A model generated the notes under the pieces. That model had not been told where the DNA came from and made no database searches. It worked only from the letters and a program-made list of their open reading frames with translations. The translations under genes and the position numbers were made by a program. Shown here one piece after another: positions 1 to 8,227 of a stretch of DNA of 30,422 nt; position 1 is the first letter of the stretch; each line of letters begins with the position of its first letter. This stretch comes from a virus (lineage: Duplodnaviria > Caudoviricetes), in IMG/VR virus record IMGVR_UViG_3300027271_000080, positions 1-30,422 of that record, one strand, 5' to 3'.

Positions 1-2
1 GG

Positions 3-176
3 CTAATCCGTCCTCCGGCCGCCGCAACGAGCCTGCCACTTGTGTTCAAATCCGAACTGGTCGGCCAGCGCTTCACGCTCGTTAGCGAGCATGACCATCC
101 ACGATCCCCAGCCGGTTGCCCGCTCGAACTCCTTGTCGATCTCATCGACGCGGGCGTGCGCCTCATCCCTTGTCAT
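3..176 (-). CDS. Phage hypothetical protein (57 aa, MTRDEAHARVDEIDKEFERATGWGSW...)
   Basis: Read by hand (not in ORF track); GGAGGA RBS upstream; overlaps the end of 163..435. Confidence 0.65.
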   Translation of the reverse strand: MTRDEAHARVDEIDKEFERATGWGSWMVMLANEREALADQFGFEHKWQARCGGRRTD

Positions 177-435
177 TGGAATCCTCCGCCGCTGCGATCA
201 TGGCGCGGTAGTCGCGCTTAGCTGTTGCTGCGTATCGCTTTCGGCGTCGATCTGCGGCGATGTATGCTTTGATAATCGCGGGGGTCGGCTCTCTCGGCAC
301 CAGCACCATGTCTCCGAGGTCGGCGGAGAGGGCGGCTTGGGCCGCATCTCGACATTCATCCATTGTCAGCGCGTTGAATGTGATGTGGCGCATCGCCCGC
401 GCCGCGTTCTCAATTGCTTGGGGTGTGGGTTTCAC
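163..435 (-). CDS. Phage early hypothetical protein
   Basis: ATGA overlap with upstream ORF; VLVPREPT...YRAMIAAA motif common in phage early genes. Confidence 0.75.
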   Translation of the reverse strand: MKPTPQAIENAARAMRHITFNALTMDECRDAAQAALSADLGDMVLVPREPTPAIIKAYIAADRRRKRYAATAKRDYRAMIAAAEDSNDKG

Positions 436-632
436 TTCTCGCTCCCTTCAAGCGCGGCGCGACCCGCCTCGGTGATGGAGGCTCGGCGGTGGAAGTATTT
501 ATCGTTTATCTCCAATAGGCCGAGGGCCGCCAAGGAAGACACTACCCGAAGCTGGTCTGGATAGACTTTGATGCTCCCGCCGAGGTCGCGGGCGATCTGG
601 AGCGTAACGCGCTGCGCCTTACTCAGCTTCAT
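432..632 (-). CDS. Small phage protein, possibly winged-helix-like
   Basis: MKLSKAQ...SLAALGLLE...ITEAGRAAL pattern; coupled to neighbours. Confidence 0.7.
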   Translation of the reverse strand: MKLSKAQRVTLQIARDLGGSIKVYPDQLRVVSSLAALGLLEINDKYFHRRASITEAGRAALEGSEK

Positions 633-1068
633 GCTTCACCTCCTGCGCCAGCTTGCGGATGGCGGCGGCGCATTCCCGACGGACCTGCCGGTCGATATCG
701 TCGTCATCCTCGTGCGTCGTATCTTCCGCCACATTCGCCGCCCGCTCGTATGCCTCGGCAAGCGCACGCTCGGCGCGGTTGCACTCAACGTTTGCAATCG
801 TCATCTGGCGCTCAAGGTCGTGTCTGATCGCATCGACTTCCGCCTCCAACTCGCGGACGCGTGCTTCGGCGGCGAGAGCGCGCCGGACGAATGGAGATTG
901 ATCGCCGTCGAACCACATCGGCTTTAGGCCGACCTTATCTAACAGGCCCGCAGCGGCTTCACGCATCTCTGAGCGCCTAAGTGCCGACTGGCAATGGATG
1001 ATCGCGCTAAGCCCAGCGTGGAGCGCGTCTCTTTCTTTACGCAACCGCGCGACAAGATCGTCAGTCAT
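619..1068 (-). CDS. Phage hypothetical coiled-coil protein
   Basis: MTDDLVARLR start, AEARVRELEAE coiled coil, AAAIRKL end; overlaps neighbours. Confidence 0.75.
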   Translation of the reverse strand: MTDDLVARLRKERDALHAGLSAIIHCQSALRRSEMREAAAGLLDKVGLKPMWFDGDQSPFVRRALAAEARVRELEAEVDAIRHDLERQMTIANVECNRAERALAEAYERAANVAEDTTHEDDDDIDRQVRRECAAAIRKLAQEVKHEAE

Positions 1069-1351
1069 GGCGGGCTCCTGATTTCAAGCGCAAGTGGTTT
1101 TGTTTTGCGCACTCAGCCATCCCCTCGGGGTCGTTCATCGGCTGGTCCATCCATAGGAAGTCAACTAGGTTGACGCCTTCGACTACGCCGATGTTGAAGT
1201 CATCGGAACCGCGGCTACACCATCCAGCACGCACGGCATCTCTATGCGTCGTGTGTCGAATTCCATCCCAGCTATATACGCACTCGAAGCCATGCTCTTG
1301 GTTGCCGACGATAGACGGTTCGATGACGATGTATTCGCGCTTGTTAGCCAT
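1061..1351 (-). CDS. Phage hypothetical protein
   Basis: ORF in operon with GGAGGG RBS and 8-nt overlaps. Confidence 0.7.
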   Translation of the reverse strand: MANKREYIVIEPSIVGNQEHGFECVYSWDGIRHTTHRDAVRAGWCSRGSDDFNIGVVEGVNLVDFLWMDQPMNDPEGMAECAKQNHLRLKSGARHD

Positions 1352-1838
1352 TTGACCGCCCTCCGTTGAGCGCGGCGCGGGCCACGTCGCTCAAATCGCG
1401 TCGATCGAACGCAGGTCCATGCGGATGCGGCTTGTAGATTTCCGGGTTGGCGTAGAACGCGAGCGCTTTACGCAGCCTCTCTACCTCGCCAGCCGGTGCC
1501 GGTGATGGAGGGGCGGTGTAGAGGGGAGTGCACTCGTAAACGCCACTGTCGCCAGTTGGCTTGTGATGCAGATAGACCGTGCCGCCGTCAGCATACGTTA
1601 CTCGCCACGCCACCGGCTCCTGCGCCTCCCGGCGCGAGGCGAGATAGGAGAGGATGCGTTCGGCTTTGACGACGGCAGGTGGAATGCTGTGCGCGGTACA
1701 GCGGTCTGCTGTCGCTCGCGCCTCATCCGCAGACAACCCGTCCTTTAGACCGGCCTCAATCATTGATTTATGAAAACAGAACACATCGGGATCGATAATC
1801 CGCGCGATTGCCTCGGCGTCGGTGGTGCATGTGGTCAT
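1344..1838 (-). CDS. Mosaic phage early protein
   Basis: QEPVAWR...PLYTAPP and EVERLRKALAFYA modules typical of phage early mosaic proteins. Confidence 0.75.
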   Translation of the reverse strand: MTTCTTDAEAIARIIDPDVFCFHKSMIEAGLKDGLSADEARATADRCTAHSIPPAVVKAERILSYLASRREAQEPVAWRVTYADGGTVYLHHKPTGDSGVYECTPLYTAPPSPAPAGEVERLRKALAFYANPEIYKPHPHGPAFDRRDLSDVARAALNGGRSNG

Positions 1839-2536
1839 GATGCGGCTCCCGCAAGGATCATGTGCCCGATGACTTCCGCCATCGCAGGCGGGTTGCTGTC
1901 ACCAAGTGCCTCTATTCGTTCTCGGCGCTCATGCACGTCCTCTGCGCGCCAAGCATCCAGATCGAAAGACGGGATGGAATCCGGGTCCCAATCACCTCGG
2001 GTAGCTGCTGACCTCTTGACGCGCTCAATCGCGGATGGTCCCGCCTGCCAGGCGACCTCCAATCGCGGCAGGCTGGTGCAGGCAAGAATGTACACTCGCC
2101 GCCGCGGATAAGGCGCACCAACGTCGCAAGCGCCGAACTCAAATCGGGCGCTGTGATAGCCAGCCTGCGAAAGGTGTCGATGGACCTTGGCTTCCCACGC
2201 TGCGTTACCCGGCGGCTGCTCCACGACAAACCATTCGACGCCGGCGTCGAGCCCGGCGCATAGCATGTAGGGCCACAGGCTATGACCTGTGCGCTTACCG
2301 TGGATTGCGGCTGCGACGCTGGTTTGCTGGCAGGGCGGTCCGCCGATGATGAGATCAGCGGCGATAGCAGGCATGGTGCGGATGTCGTCATAGATGTGCG
2401 TCTCAGAAATGCGTTGAAGCTCTTGTCGGCGGCGCTCGTTGCTTTCGCACAGCGCAACGATTTCAAACGGTCCGGCCCGGCGAAGCCCGATAGAGTGGAA
2501 GCCGAGGCAGGAAAACACGTCTAAGACTCGCATCAC
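1835..2536 (-). CDS. Compact DNA (cytosine-5) methyltransferase
   Basis: Motif I-like VLDVFSCLG, catalytic motif IV GGPPCQ, motif VI-like VVEQPP, motif VIII GAPYPRRRVY, motif X-like ALGDS. Confidence 0.85.
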   Translation of the reverse strand: MMRVLDVFSCLGFHSIGLRRAGPFEIVALCESNERRRQELQRISETHIYDDIRTMPAIAADLIIGGPPCQQTSVAAAIHGKRTGHSLWPYMLCAGLDAGVEWFVVEQPPGNAAWEAKVHRHLSQAGYHSARFEFGACDVGAPYPRRRVYILACTSLPRLEVAWQAGPSAIERVKRSAATRGDWDPDSIPSFDLDAWRAEDVHERRERIEALGDSNPPAMAEVIGHMILAGAAS

Positions 2537-3513
2537 CGCCTCCCGCTTGCGAGCCGGTCAAGGCGCTCGATCTCTGCGACGATCAGCGCGCCGGCCTTGA
2601 CCAGATTGCGGCGGCGGTCCTTCGGCTTCCACCAGTCGCGGGACCAAGGCCAAAACAGGTCGCGAATATCTTTCCAGCGGCCATGGATATAAATGGCCTC
2701 ATCCGCTGGTGTCCCGGACAGAGCGTAGCAGGCAGCCGCGCACGCCATTTCAGCGCGCTCGTGCTCGTCATCGTGCTCCGGCGTCCAGCCTTCGACCTCG
2801 ATCTGACGACGGCGCTCGGCTGCGACATCGGCAATGGCTTCTGACGGCCCAAGAGCTTTCTCGGGTACAATCGGCGCAGATTGGCCGGACAACATGGAGC
2901 TACCGGGCGTCTGCGAGGCTCCAACTTCAATCCCGGTTTGGCCTTCTTGTTTGCCCGATATTGCGTTCGGTGCCGACGCTCCCCTTACCGCGTCCGTAAG
3001 GGCGGAAGGCTGGCCTCCGTGGCCGCCGTCAGAACTCTGAATCTCTATCGCTGCCATGATGCGCTGCTCGTAGTCGGCTTGCGCGGCGGATTTGGCGGCG
3101 TCGAGAGATTCGGTTTTATTCCACACCGGCTGCCTGAACAGGAACCAGCCGCTGCCATCAGCAGTATTCTCGCGAGCGATGTAGCGACCGAGCGTCGTGT
3201 CGGCCCACCATGCACCTTTAACGACGGGATCGTCTCCGCCGCTCGATTGACGCCACTCCAACTCCTTCACCCGCACGACCCGCTCGCGCTGCTGCGCGGA
3301 GAGGGCCGCGTAGTATTCATCGACAGCAAAGATTGCGCGGTTCATAGCTTGGAAGGCTTCACGACATCTTTCGGATTCCGTCGAGTGCTCTGAAACGGAT
3401 TGCATGTCGTCTTCGGCAGCGAATTTCGCAGCCAGATCAGCAGACCGATTCATCCGCAGGCGATATTCGGTTCGGATGCTGTTTAGCGGTTGATATAGAG
3501 TTTCGGGCGTCAT
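2533..3513 (-). CDS. Mosaic phage early protein with C-terminal AERRRQ...GWTPEHDD domain
   Basis: C-terminal AERRRQIEVEGWTPEHDD...AAACYA...WPW...WWKP...LVKAGALIVAEIERLDR is a widespread phage domain; middle SLDAAKSAAQADYE module. Confidence 0.8.
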   Translation of the reverse strand: MTPETLYQPLNSIRTEYRLRMNRSADLAAKFAAEDDMQSVSEHSTESERCREAFQAMNRAIFAVDEYYAALSAQQRERVVRVKELEWRQSSGGDDPVVKGAWWADTTLGRYIARENTADGSGWFLFRQPVWNKTESLDAAKSAAQADYEQRIMAAIEIQSSDGGHGGQPSALTDAVRGASAPNAISGKQEGQTGIEVGASQTPGSSMLSGQSAPIVPEKALGPSEAIADVAAERRRQIEVEGWTPEHDDEHERAEMACAAACYALSGTPADEAIYIHGRWKDIRDLFWPWSRDWWKPKDRRRNLVKAGALIVAEIERLDRLASGRR

Positions 3514-3657
3514 TCACCCCTCCATCTCGGCAGTCGCGCGAAGGGCGGCGGCGATCAGCGCCATCGTTTTTCTTGACGCCGAGATATCCACAAGCGCTTT
3601 CCACCCACGACGATCAATGTCGTCCGCAAGCGCCAGCAGTTCGTCACGCTTTGTCAT
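3514..3657 (-). CDS. Small hypothetical protein (47 aa, MTKRDELLALADDID...)
   Basis: Read by hand; fills the gap between 3644..3988 and 2533..3513, stop abuts the next ATG. Confidence 0.6.
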   Translation of the reverse strand: MTKRDELLALADDIDRRGWKALVDISASRKTMALIAAALRATAEMEG

Positions 3658-3988
3658 TGGTGGACTCGCGGTAGGAGTTGAGGGCGCTGTCGATCTGGAT
3701 ATGCAGACCGATGGTGTTCGGCGCGCCGTTCAGCGCGTCGCGCGCTTCTTTCAACGCCTCCGCCAAAGCCTCGACGATATCGGCGCGGATGTATTCTCTA
3801 GCGCGAATTTCATTGATGAACTTTCGCGGCGACCATCCGCTCGCCGTGCCGCCCCACGCCCAAATCCTCGCCGGCATCTTGCTCTCAGCCGATAGGCGAT
3901 CATTGCGTATCCGACATCCGACACGAAGACACATCTGATCTTCGCACAACGTTTCGTCGCGCTCGTAGCAGGTCATCCCCTTAGCCAT
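3644..3988 (-). CDS. Phage hypothetical protein with Cys-rich N-terminus
   Basis: GAGGTG RBS; MPARIWA...EYIRADIVEALAEALK module. Confidence 0.7.
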   Translation of the reverse strand: MAKGMTCYERDETLCEDQMCLRVGCRIRNDRLSAESKMPARIWAWGGTASGWSPRKFINEIRAREYIRADIVEALAEALKEARDALNGAPNTIGLHIQIDSALNSYRESTNDKA

Positions 3989-4544
3989 GATCCACCTCGC
4001 TCTTGCTGGCGGCGATCAGGGCGTTTGGTCTGAGCGAGTTTGGTAACGGATACGGCTCGGACTTGCTCTCAGATGGATTCCAGCAAGTCGTTTCACCGAC
4101 TTGTACCCGCTCAGCCTCACCAAGAAATCTTGCCGTGTCGGGGAATCGTTCGCGTAGATGATCTGGCATCGTTGAGCCCGACCACAGGTCGAAGGTGGTT
4201 ATGCGTTGACCGGCGTAGGCAGACGGCTCGATATATTCGATATCGAAGCGGCGGCCCGCCATGCCGCGCATTGATCCTGATGTACGATTGCCGGGACCAT
4301 AGACGTGTCCGTCGATAATCGTCATTGTGCGGTGATCTTTCTCGTATCGCTTTTCTTCCTCAACCCAATAGTTGCAATACCAGCAGAGCCGACGCTCCAT
4401 CATCTGCGTGTATGACGGCTCGTAATAGGTGTTGCGACCCTCGTTCCCGCATTTGACGCAGGTGTATCGGTAATAGGTCTTGTCGGACTTCCACGTCGTT
4501 TCAATCGGCGTAAGGCCGGCCATCTTGCTCGCGGTGTCAGACAT
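3981..4544 (-). CDS. Hypothetical protein with putative Zn-binding CxxC...CxxC
   Basis: Start re-called at MSDTASK (ATG 4544, GAGG RBS); CVKC and CWYC pairs. Confidence 0.7.
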   Translation of the reverse strand: MSDTASKMAGLTPIETTWKSDKTYYRYTCVKCGNEGRNTYYEPSYTQMMERRLCWYCNYWVEEEKRYEKDHRTMTIIDGHVYGPGNRTSGSMRGMAGRRFDIEYIEPSAYAGQRITTFDLWSGSTMPDHLRERFPDTARFLGEAERVQVGETTCWNPSESKSEPYPLPNSLRPNALIAASKSEVDHG

Positions 4545-4722
4545 GATCGGCCTCGCGGTAAGCCCTAAGGGCCGCATCGATGATCGACAGTGTACCGGCG
4601 CCGCTATCCTTGATGCCGAGCCGATCTTGCAGGATGGACACCTGCACGCGCGCCTCTTCAAGAGCCTCGGCCATTTCATGCAGGATGCTGCCGTTCGGTT
4701 GGATGTGCGCTTGCGCGATCAT
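4537..4722 (-). CDS. Small phage hypothetical protein
   Basis: ATGA coupling to upstream ORF; IDAALRAY motif resembles the end of 3644..3988. Confidence 0.65.
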   Translation of the reverse strand: MIAQAHIQPNGSILHEMAEALEEARVQVSILQDRLGIKDSGAGTLSIIDAALRAYREADHV

Positions 4723-5036
4723 GCCGCGCTCCTTCGCAAGTAATTGACCGCTGAAATGCCCATTTCGCGTTCAAGAAAATCGATCACGTTCGGGCAGGGC
4801 GGACCGCCATCGTTGTCGATGGCGTCGTAAACGAGTTGAGCAACATCGTGTGTGACCTCGCGGCAGTATCCTTCATCGGGATCGGCCTCGATCACGCGGA
4901 CGACAACGCCGCTATATTCATCACCAGCAATGTCATCCACGACTTCACGCAGCGAGTTCTTGTCGGTGTCGGTCTCGCGAAAAGCCTGTCCGATGTTCGG
5001 GCTGTAGCGGACTTCCACGAAGTAGATTGCGCTCAT
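4719..5036 (-). CDS. Acidic phage hypothetical protein
   Basis: Start re-called at MSAIYFVEV with GGAG RBS. Confidence 0.7.
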   Translation of the reverse strand: MSAIYFVEVRYSPNIGQAFRETDTDKNSLREVVDDIAGDEYSGVVVRVIEADPDEGYCREVTHDVAQLVYDAIDNDGGPPCPNVIDFLEREMGISAVNYLRRSAA

Positions 5037-5037
5037 G

Positions 5038-5145
5038 TCACGCTCCCGCGCCGATAGCCGCCCAAACAGCAACCATGGCGATGAAAAGAATGATGGAGAC
5101 AAGTTCGGCTAAGCCGGCGATGGAGAGGGCGCGGAGGATGGTCAT
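5038..5145 (-). CDS. Small membrane peptide (35 aa)
   Basis: MTILRALSIAGLAELVSIILFIAMVAVWAAIGAGA, one hydrophobic helix; ATGA coupling. Confidence 0.6.
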   Translation of the reverse strand: MTILRALSIAGLAELVSIILFIAMVAVWAAIGAGA

Positions 5146-5426
5146 GACGCGGCCTCGGCCTTGGCGATGGTCGCCTTCACGACGTGCAACACGTTGACAC
5201 CATGTCCGCGCTGCGGCGAGTTGGCCCACTGCTTGTCGCACCATTCGAGCGCCGGCAGCGCCATCTGGAGCGCCGCCAGCAACTCCGGCGCGGCCGCGAT
5301 CAGGCGGGCGTTGGCCGTGCTCAAGCACTGCGCGATAAGATCGCCGGTCGGTCCGTACACGTTGAAAGCGGACAGTTCATTGCCACCCGTCCGCCACGGC
5401 CCCGGCGTGTGCTTGCTCTGTGCCAT
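5142..5426 (-). CDS. Phage early protein of the HTPGPW...ANARLIAAAPELL family
   Basis: Characteristic KHTPGPW and ANARLIAAAPELLAAL motifs; TGATG coupling. Confidence 0.85.
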   Translation of the reverse strand: MAQSKHTPGPWRTGGNELSAFNVYGPTGDLIAQCLSTANARLIAAAPELLAALQMALPALEWCDKQWANSPQRGHGVNVLHVVKATIAKAEAAS

Positions 5427-6154
5427 CACGCGGCCCTCCGAGAGGGCTTGCGGATGGACTTGCGGGCGGGCGCTTTCCGGGCGAGTTTTGGTGCAGCCTT
5501 CTTGACAGGAGTAGGGCGCTTGACGGTCTGCATGATGGGTTTCATGAACGCGGGCAGACCAATGGACGGCATCACCGTTCGCATCGGCATCAGAACGCCG
5601 AATGCTTCGCCGTGATTTGGGAACATGACCAGGGCGGGGTCGAGGTCGTTGAAGGCTGCGACTTGGATCGGCCCCACCTTGTCGCCGCTTAAAATGCCAG
5701 CGATCTTGCCAAAAGAGCCAAGATAACCGCCGTTGAAGCTCGCGACAGACGGAGGGGCCTCTATTGCCGCGCTCTTGAGGATCGGCGCCAACACCCGAGG
5801 CCAATCGGGATACGTGTCGTCGATGATCGATGACGAGGTACCCCGATAAGTATCGAACGACACCACGCCGTCAGCGTCGATTGTGATTTCGCAGCCGATG
5901 TTTTTTGCGGCCTTCGCGCACTGCCGTGCGGTGGCATTGTCCATTTTCACAATGGACGCTGTCTTGCAGTGCCCGGCGAGGTCGTGGATGGCGATCAACC
6001 TGTGCCCATCGGTCCCGACGAGAACCGCGCCGCCGTCCGGGTGAGGTTGGATGTAGACGCCATGCAGGTAATAGCGGAACTCGTCCCGGCTCACACATTC
6101 CAGACACGCGAGAAACTTCCTCGCGTTGACCTTCGCTCTTGCCGCCTTTGCCAT
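5426..6154 (-). CDS. DNA polymerase III beta-clamp-like protein (truncated, with basic tail)
   Basis: RYYLHGVYI, VGTDGHRL, TYPDWPRVL and GVLMPMR match DnaN motifs RYYLNG, VATDGHRL, FPDY and VxMPMR; GGAGG RBS. Confidence 0.8.
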   Translation of the reverse strand: MAKAARAKVNARKFLACLECVSRDEFRYYLHGVYIQPHPDGGAVLVGTDGHRLIAIHDLAGHCKTASIVKMDNATARQCAKAAKNIGCEITIDADGVVSFDTYRGTSSSIIDDTYPDWPRVLAPILKSAAIEAPPSVASFNGGYLGSFGKIAGILSGDKVGPIQVAAFNDLDPALVMFPNHGEAFGVLMPMRTVMPSIGLPAFMKPIMQTVKRPTPVKKAAPKLARKAPARKSIRKPSRRAA

Positions 6155-6185
6155 GCCGTCCTCCGTGGTGTGTGGAGGATGTCTA

Positions 6186-6230
6186 GCACGCTATAGCGTG
6201 CCTGTAAAGCACGAAAACGCTATAGCGTGT
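6186..6230 (-). promoter_or_regulatory. Left operator pair (OL-like) and leftward promoter
   Basis: Perfect palindrome GCACGCTATAGCGTGC 6186-6201 and AAACGCTATAGCGTGT 6215-6230; minus-strand TTTACA (6208-6203), 17 bp, then TAGACA with the operator in the spacer. Confidence 0.85.
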
Positions 6231-6337
6231 TTTTTCTTCCCGCCCGCTCCGGGGTGTGGTAGGGGAGGGTGCCCGGGTAAGGCCGGCGGGGGCGGTTGGG
6301 TTGGCTGCCCGCTGCCCCGGTCAACCCAGCGGGCATG

Positions 6338-6362
6338 AAAAAGCCCCGCGATGGGCGGGGCT
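6338..6362 (-). terminator. Rho-independent terminator after hicA-like gene
   Basis: Minus strand AGCCCCGC-ccatc-GCGGGGCT followed by a T run. Confidence 0.8.
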
Positions 6363-6591
6363 ACTTCCGAAACAACTTGGCCGACAAGCCGGACTGGCGG
6401 ATCATGGATTTGAGCGTCCCGGTCGGGATATTATCGCCCATGTGATGGGCGGCGACATCGACAAAACGAACGTTCCCGCCGTAACTGCCACGATACCTAA
6501 CGTGACTGCCGCCGGTCCGATTGTGCTCGATAAACCCGTAGCTTAGCAGAATATCGATGAATTCCCGATAAGTACAGATCAGGCGGGGCAC
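6361..6591 (-). CDS. hicA: HicA-family toxin (mRNA interferase)
   Basis: 76 aa; LLSYGF...GGSH...H...DNIPTGTLKSMIRQSGL is the HicA signature. Confidence 0.85.
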   Translation of the reverse strand: MPRLICTYREFIDILLSYGFIEHNRTGGSHVRYRGSYGGNVRFVDVAAHHMGDNIPTGTLKSMIRQSGLSAKLFRK

Positions 6592-6890
6592 GGAAGCGGG
6601 AACTCACGGGTTTCCGTGGCATCCCGCTTCTTCCGGCCGAACAGCGCCGAGACGATGAACGGCCAGGTCCATCGGATTCGCGAGAAGAACGGCACGCGCC
6701 GGCGCAAAAGCTGGGTCCTCGTCGGCTCATCTTCACGCATTGCATCCGCAATATACGATTCAATTGCCCCAGCGAGGGTGCTTCGTACCTCTTTGAACGA
6801 GGCGCCGGAAACAGCGATATCGAGATCGAGGCAAATCGCTTCCCATGCCCCGTCCCGTCCTCGGGCGACGCAGATCAGCTCCACTGCCAT
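6579..6890 (-). CDS. hicB: HicB-like antitoxin (partial RNase H fold only)
   Basis: Start re-called at MAVELICV with GGAGGA RBS; WEAICLDLDIAVSGASFKEVRSTLAGAIESY; overlaps the hicA start. Confidence 0.7.
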   Translation of the reverse strand: MAVELICVARGRDGAWEAICLDLDIAVSGASFKEVRSTLAGAIESYIADAMREDEPTRTQLLRRRVPFFSRIRWTWPFIVSALFGRKKRDATETREFPLPCPA

Positions 6891-7033
6891 GTTATCCTCC
6901 GCAGGCCAAAGGCCTTCAACGCTCGGAATATCGTGGATAACTGTGGCAAGTGCAAGTAAACACTCCGTAGCAGCCGTCATAGGAATCGTGTCCTTGACTC
7001 GCGGGCGCGGTCAGGCGCCGCTCGCACGAAGGG

Positions 7034-7519
7034 CTAGAAGCAAGTCGTAGAGTTGCCGGACCTGGTACAGGTGACGGGCGCTGACGCCCTCCACGCTGCG
7101 GATGCTGCGGATTCCTGCGCGGAAACAGATCGGTTAGCCAGCATTCGCCGCTGCTCTTCAGCAACCATCCGTGAGTGTATCTCGGAAGCAGCCTGTTCGC
7201 CCTCCGCGTATGTCATTGCTCCAGTGTCAACGCGCTCAGCAACGACCATGAGTGACGTTATCTCTTGGTCGAGAAGATCGGGAAATGGGAGTTGCGACTT
7301 GTAGAGGGCGAACGCTTCGCCTCGGCACTTCATCCGATCAAGCATCTGGCCCTTGATTTTCTTGTATTTCAGATCGCAATCAGCAAGCATTCTGTCGGCG
7401 CTTGCCTTAACGGCCGCGAACTCTTCTTGGCGTTTCTTCTGCGCGATTATCCCGCAGCCCGCGACCGACATTGATAGCGATATCACAATCGCGGCCTTAA
7501 TAGCCGACCCGACCCGCAT
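7034..7519 (-). CDS. Lipoprotein, possible superinfection-exclusion/immunity cargo
   Basis: Signal peptide with lipobox VAGC; GGAGGA RBS; C-terminal TCTRSGNSTTCF. Confidence 0.75.
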   Translation of the reverse strand: MRVGSAIKAAIVISLSMSVAGCGIIAQKKRQEEFAAVKASADRMLADCDLKYKKIKGQMLDRMKCRGEAFALYKSQLPFPDLLDQEITSLMVVAERVDTGAMTYAEGEQAASEIHSRMVAEEQRRMLANRSVSAQESAASAAWRASAPVTCTRSGNSTTCF

Positions 7520-7597
7520 AATATCCTCCCAGCCCTAGTTGCCCCGGATTTTCCACAAATTGCAGCCGTGGTGCAATTCGTCTTTTTGGTGTGCAGC

Positions 7598-7849
7598 CTA
7601 AGACTTCCGCAAGATGGCGCCTAGGCTGGCAATCAGTTCACCTACTCGTCTGCGGTCGGCGCTGCTTAGGCCGGCCACGGGGCGGAGCGCCTCCACAATC
7701 TGTCTCGCCGGGTCTGGCTCGAACGACGCTTCCAGCCGCGCCAGAATCTCGGCGTTCATGCTGCGCCCACTGTCAATCCGAGCGTGCGCCAGCTTCGCCT
7801 TGAGTTCCTTCGGTATCCGCAAATTATGGCGGTCGTCCGGTTCCTTCAT
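7598..7849 (-). CDS. Arc-family ribbon-helix-helix DNA-binding protein
   Basis: HNLRIPKELKAKL...SGRSMNAEILARLEASF is the Arc/Mnt signature; start re-called at MKEPDD. Confidence 0.85.
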   Translation of the reverse strand: MKEPDDRHNLRIPKELKAKLAHARIDSGRSMNAEILARLEASFEPDPARQIVEALRPVAGLSSADRRRVGELIASLGAILRKS

Positions 7850-7971
7850 GATGCGTTGTATGGCGTAAACCATAAAACGTCGGAATGGTGCAAAATTGGT
7901 TGATATGTGCCAACGATGTGCCATCGGCGGGGTCTAGCGCCCAAAATGGTTGACATGGCGGCGGGGCGAAT

Positions 7972-7986
7972 GTTCCTATTATGTTC
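7972..7986 (+). promoter_or_regulatory. Alphaproteobacterial LexA (SOS) box GTTC-N7-GTTC
   Basis: GTTC-CTATTAT-GTTC exact direct repeat in an intergenic region, enclosing a TATTAT -10-like hexamer; TTGACA at 7950-7955. Confidence 0.75.
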
Positions 7987-8014
7987 TGAGTAGAAGCGTG
8001 AGGGGGCAAACATT

Positions 8015-8227
8015 GTGGCAGGTGCAAGCGATGACGACCCCGGCGCCGCGAGAGGCGGTTGCCGCGGCGGGATATATGAAATGCTTGCTATGTACGACCA
8101 GTGGCGCCGGCTCCCGGCGGATCGGCGTCGGATGGCTTTGGATTATCTAGCCTATCTTTCAACACGCTCAAAAACCGGCGCGCCTCGGCCTTCAACTTCG
8201 GATCAAGGCCCGCCACGGCCAGCATAA
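8015..8227 (+). CDS. Putative LexA-controlled antirepressor, antisense-overlapping the repressor 3' end
   Basis: GAGGGGG RBS before GTG, downstream of LexA box; helical EMLAMYDQWRRLPADRRRMALDYLAYL core. Confidence 0.55.
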   Translation: MAGASDDDPGAARGGCRGGIYEMLAMYDQWRRLPADRRRMALDYLAYLSTRSKTGAPRPSTSDQGPPRPA

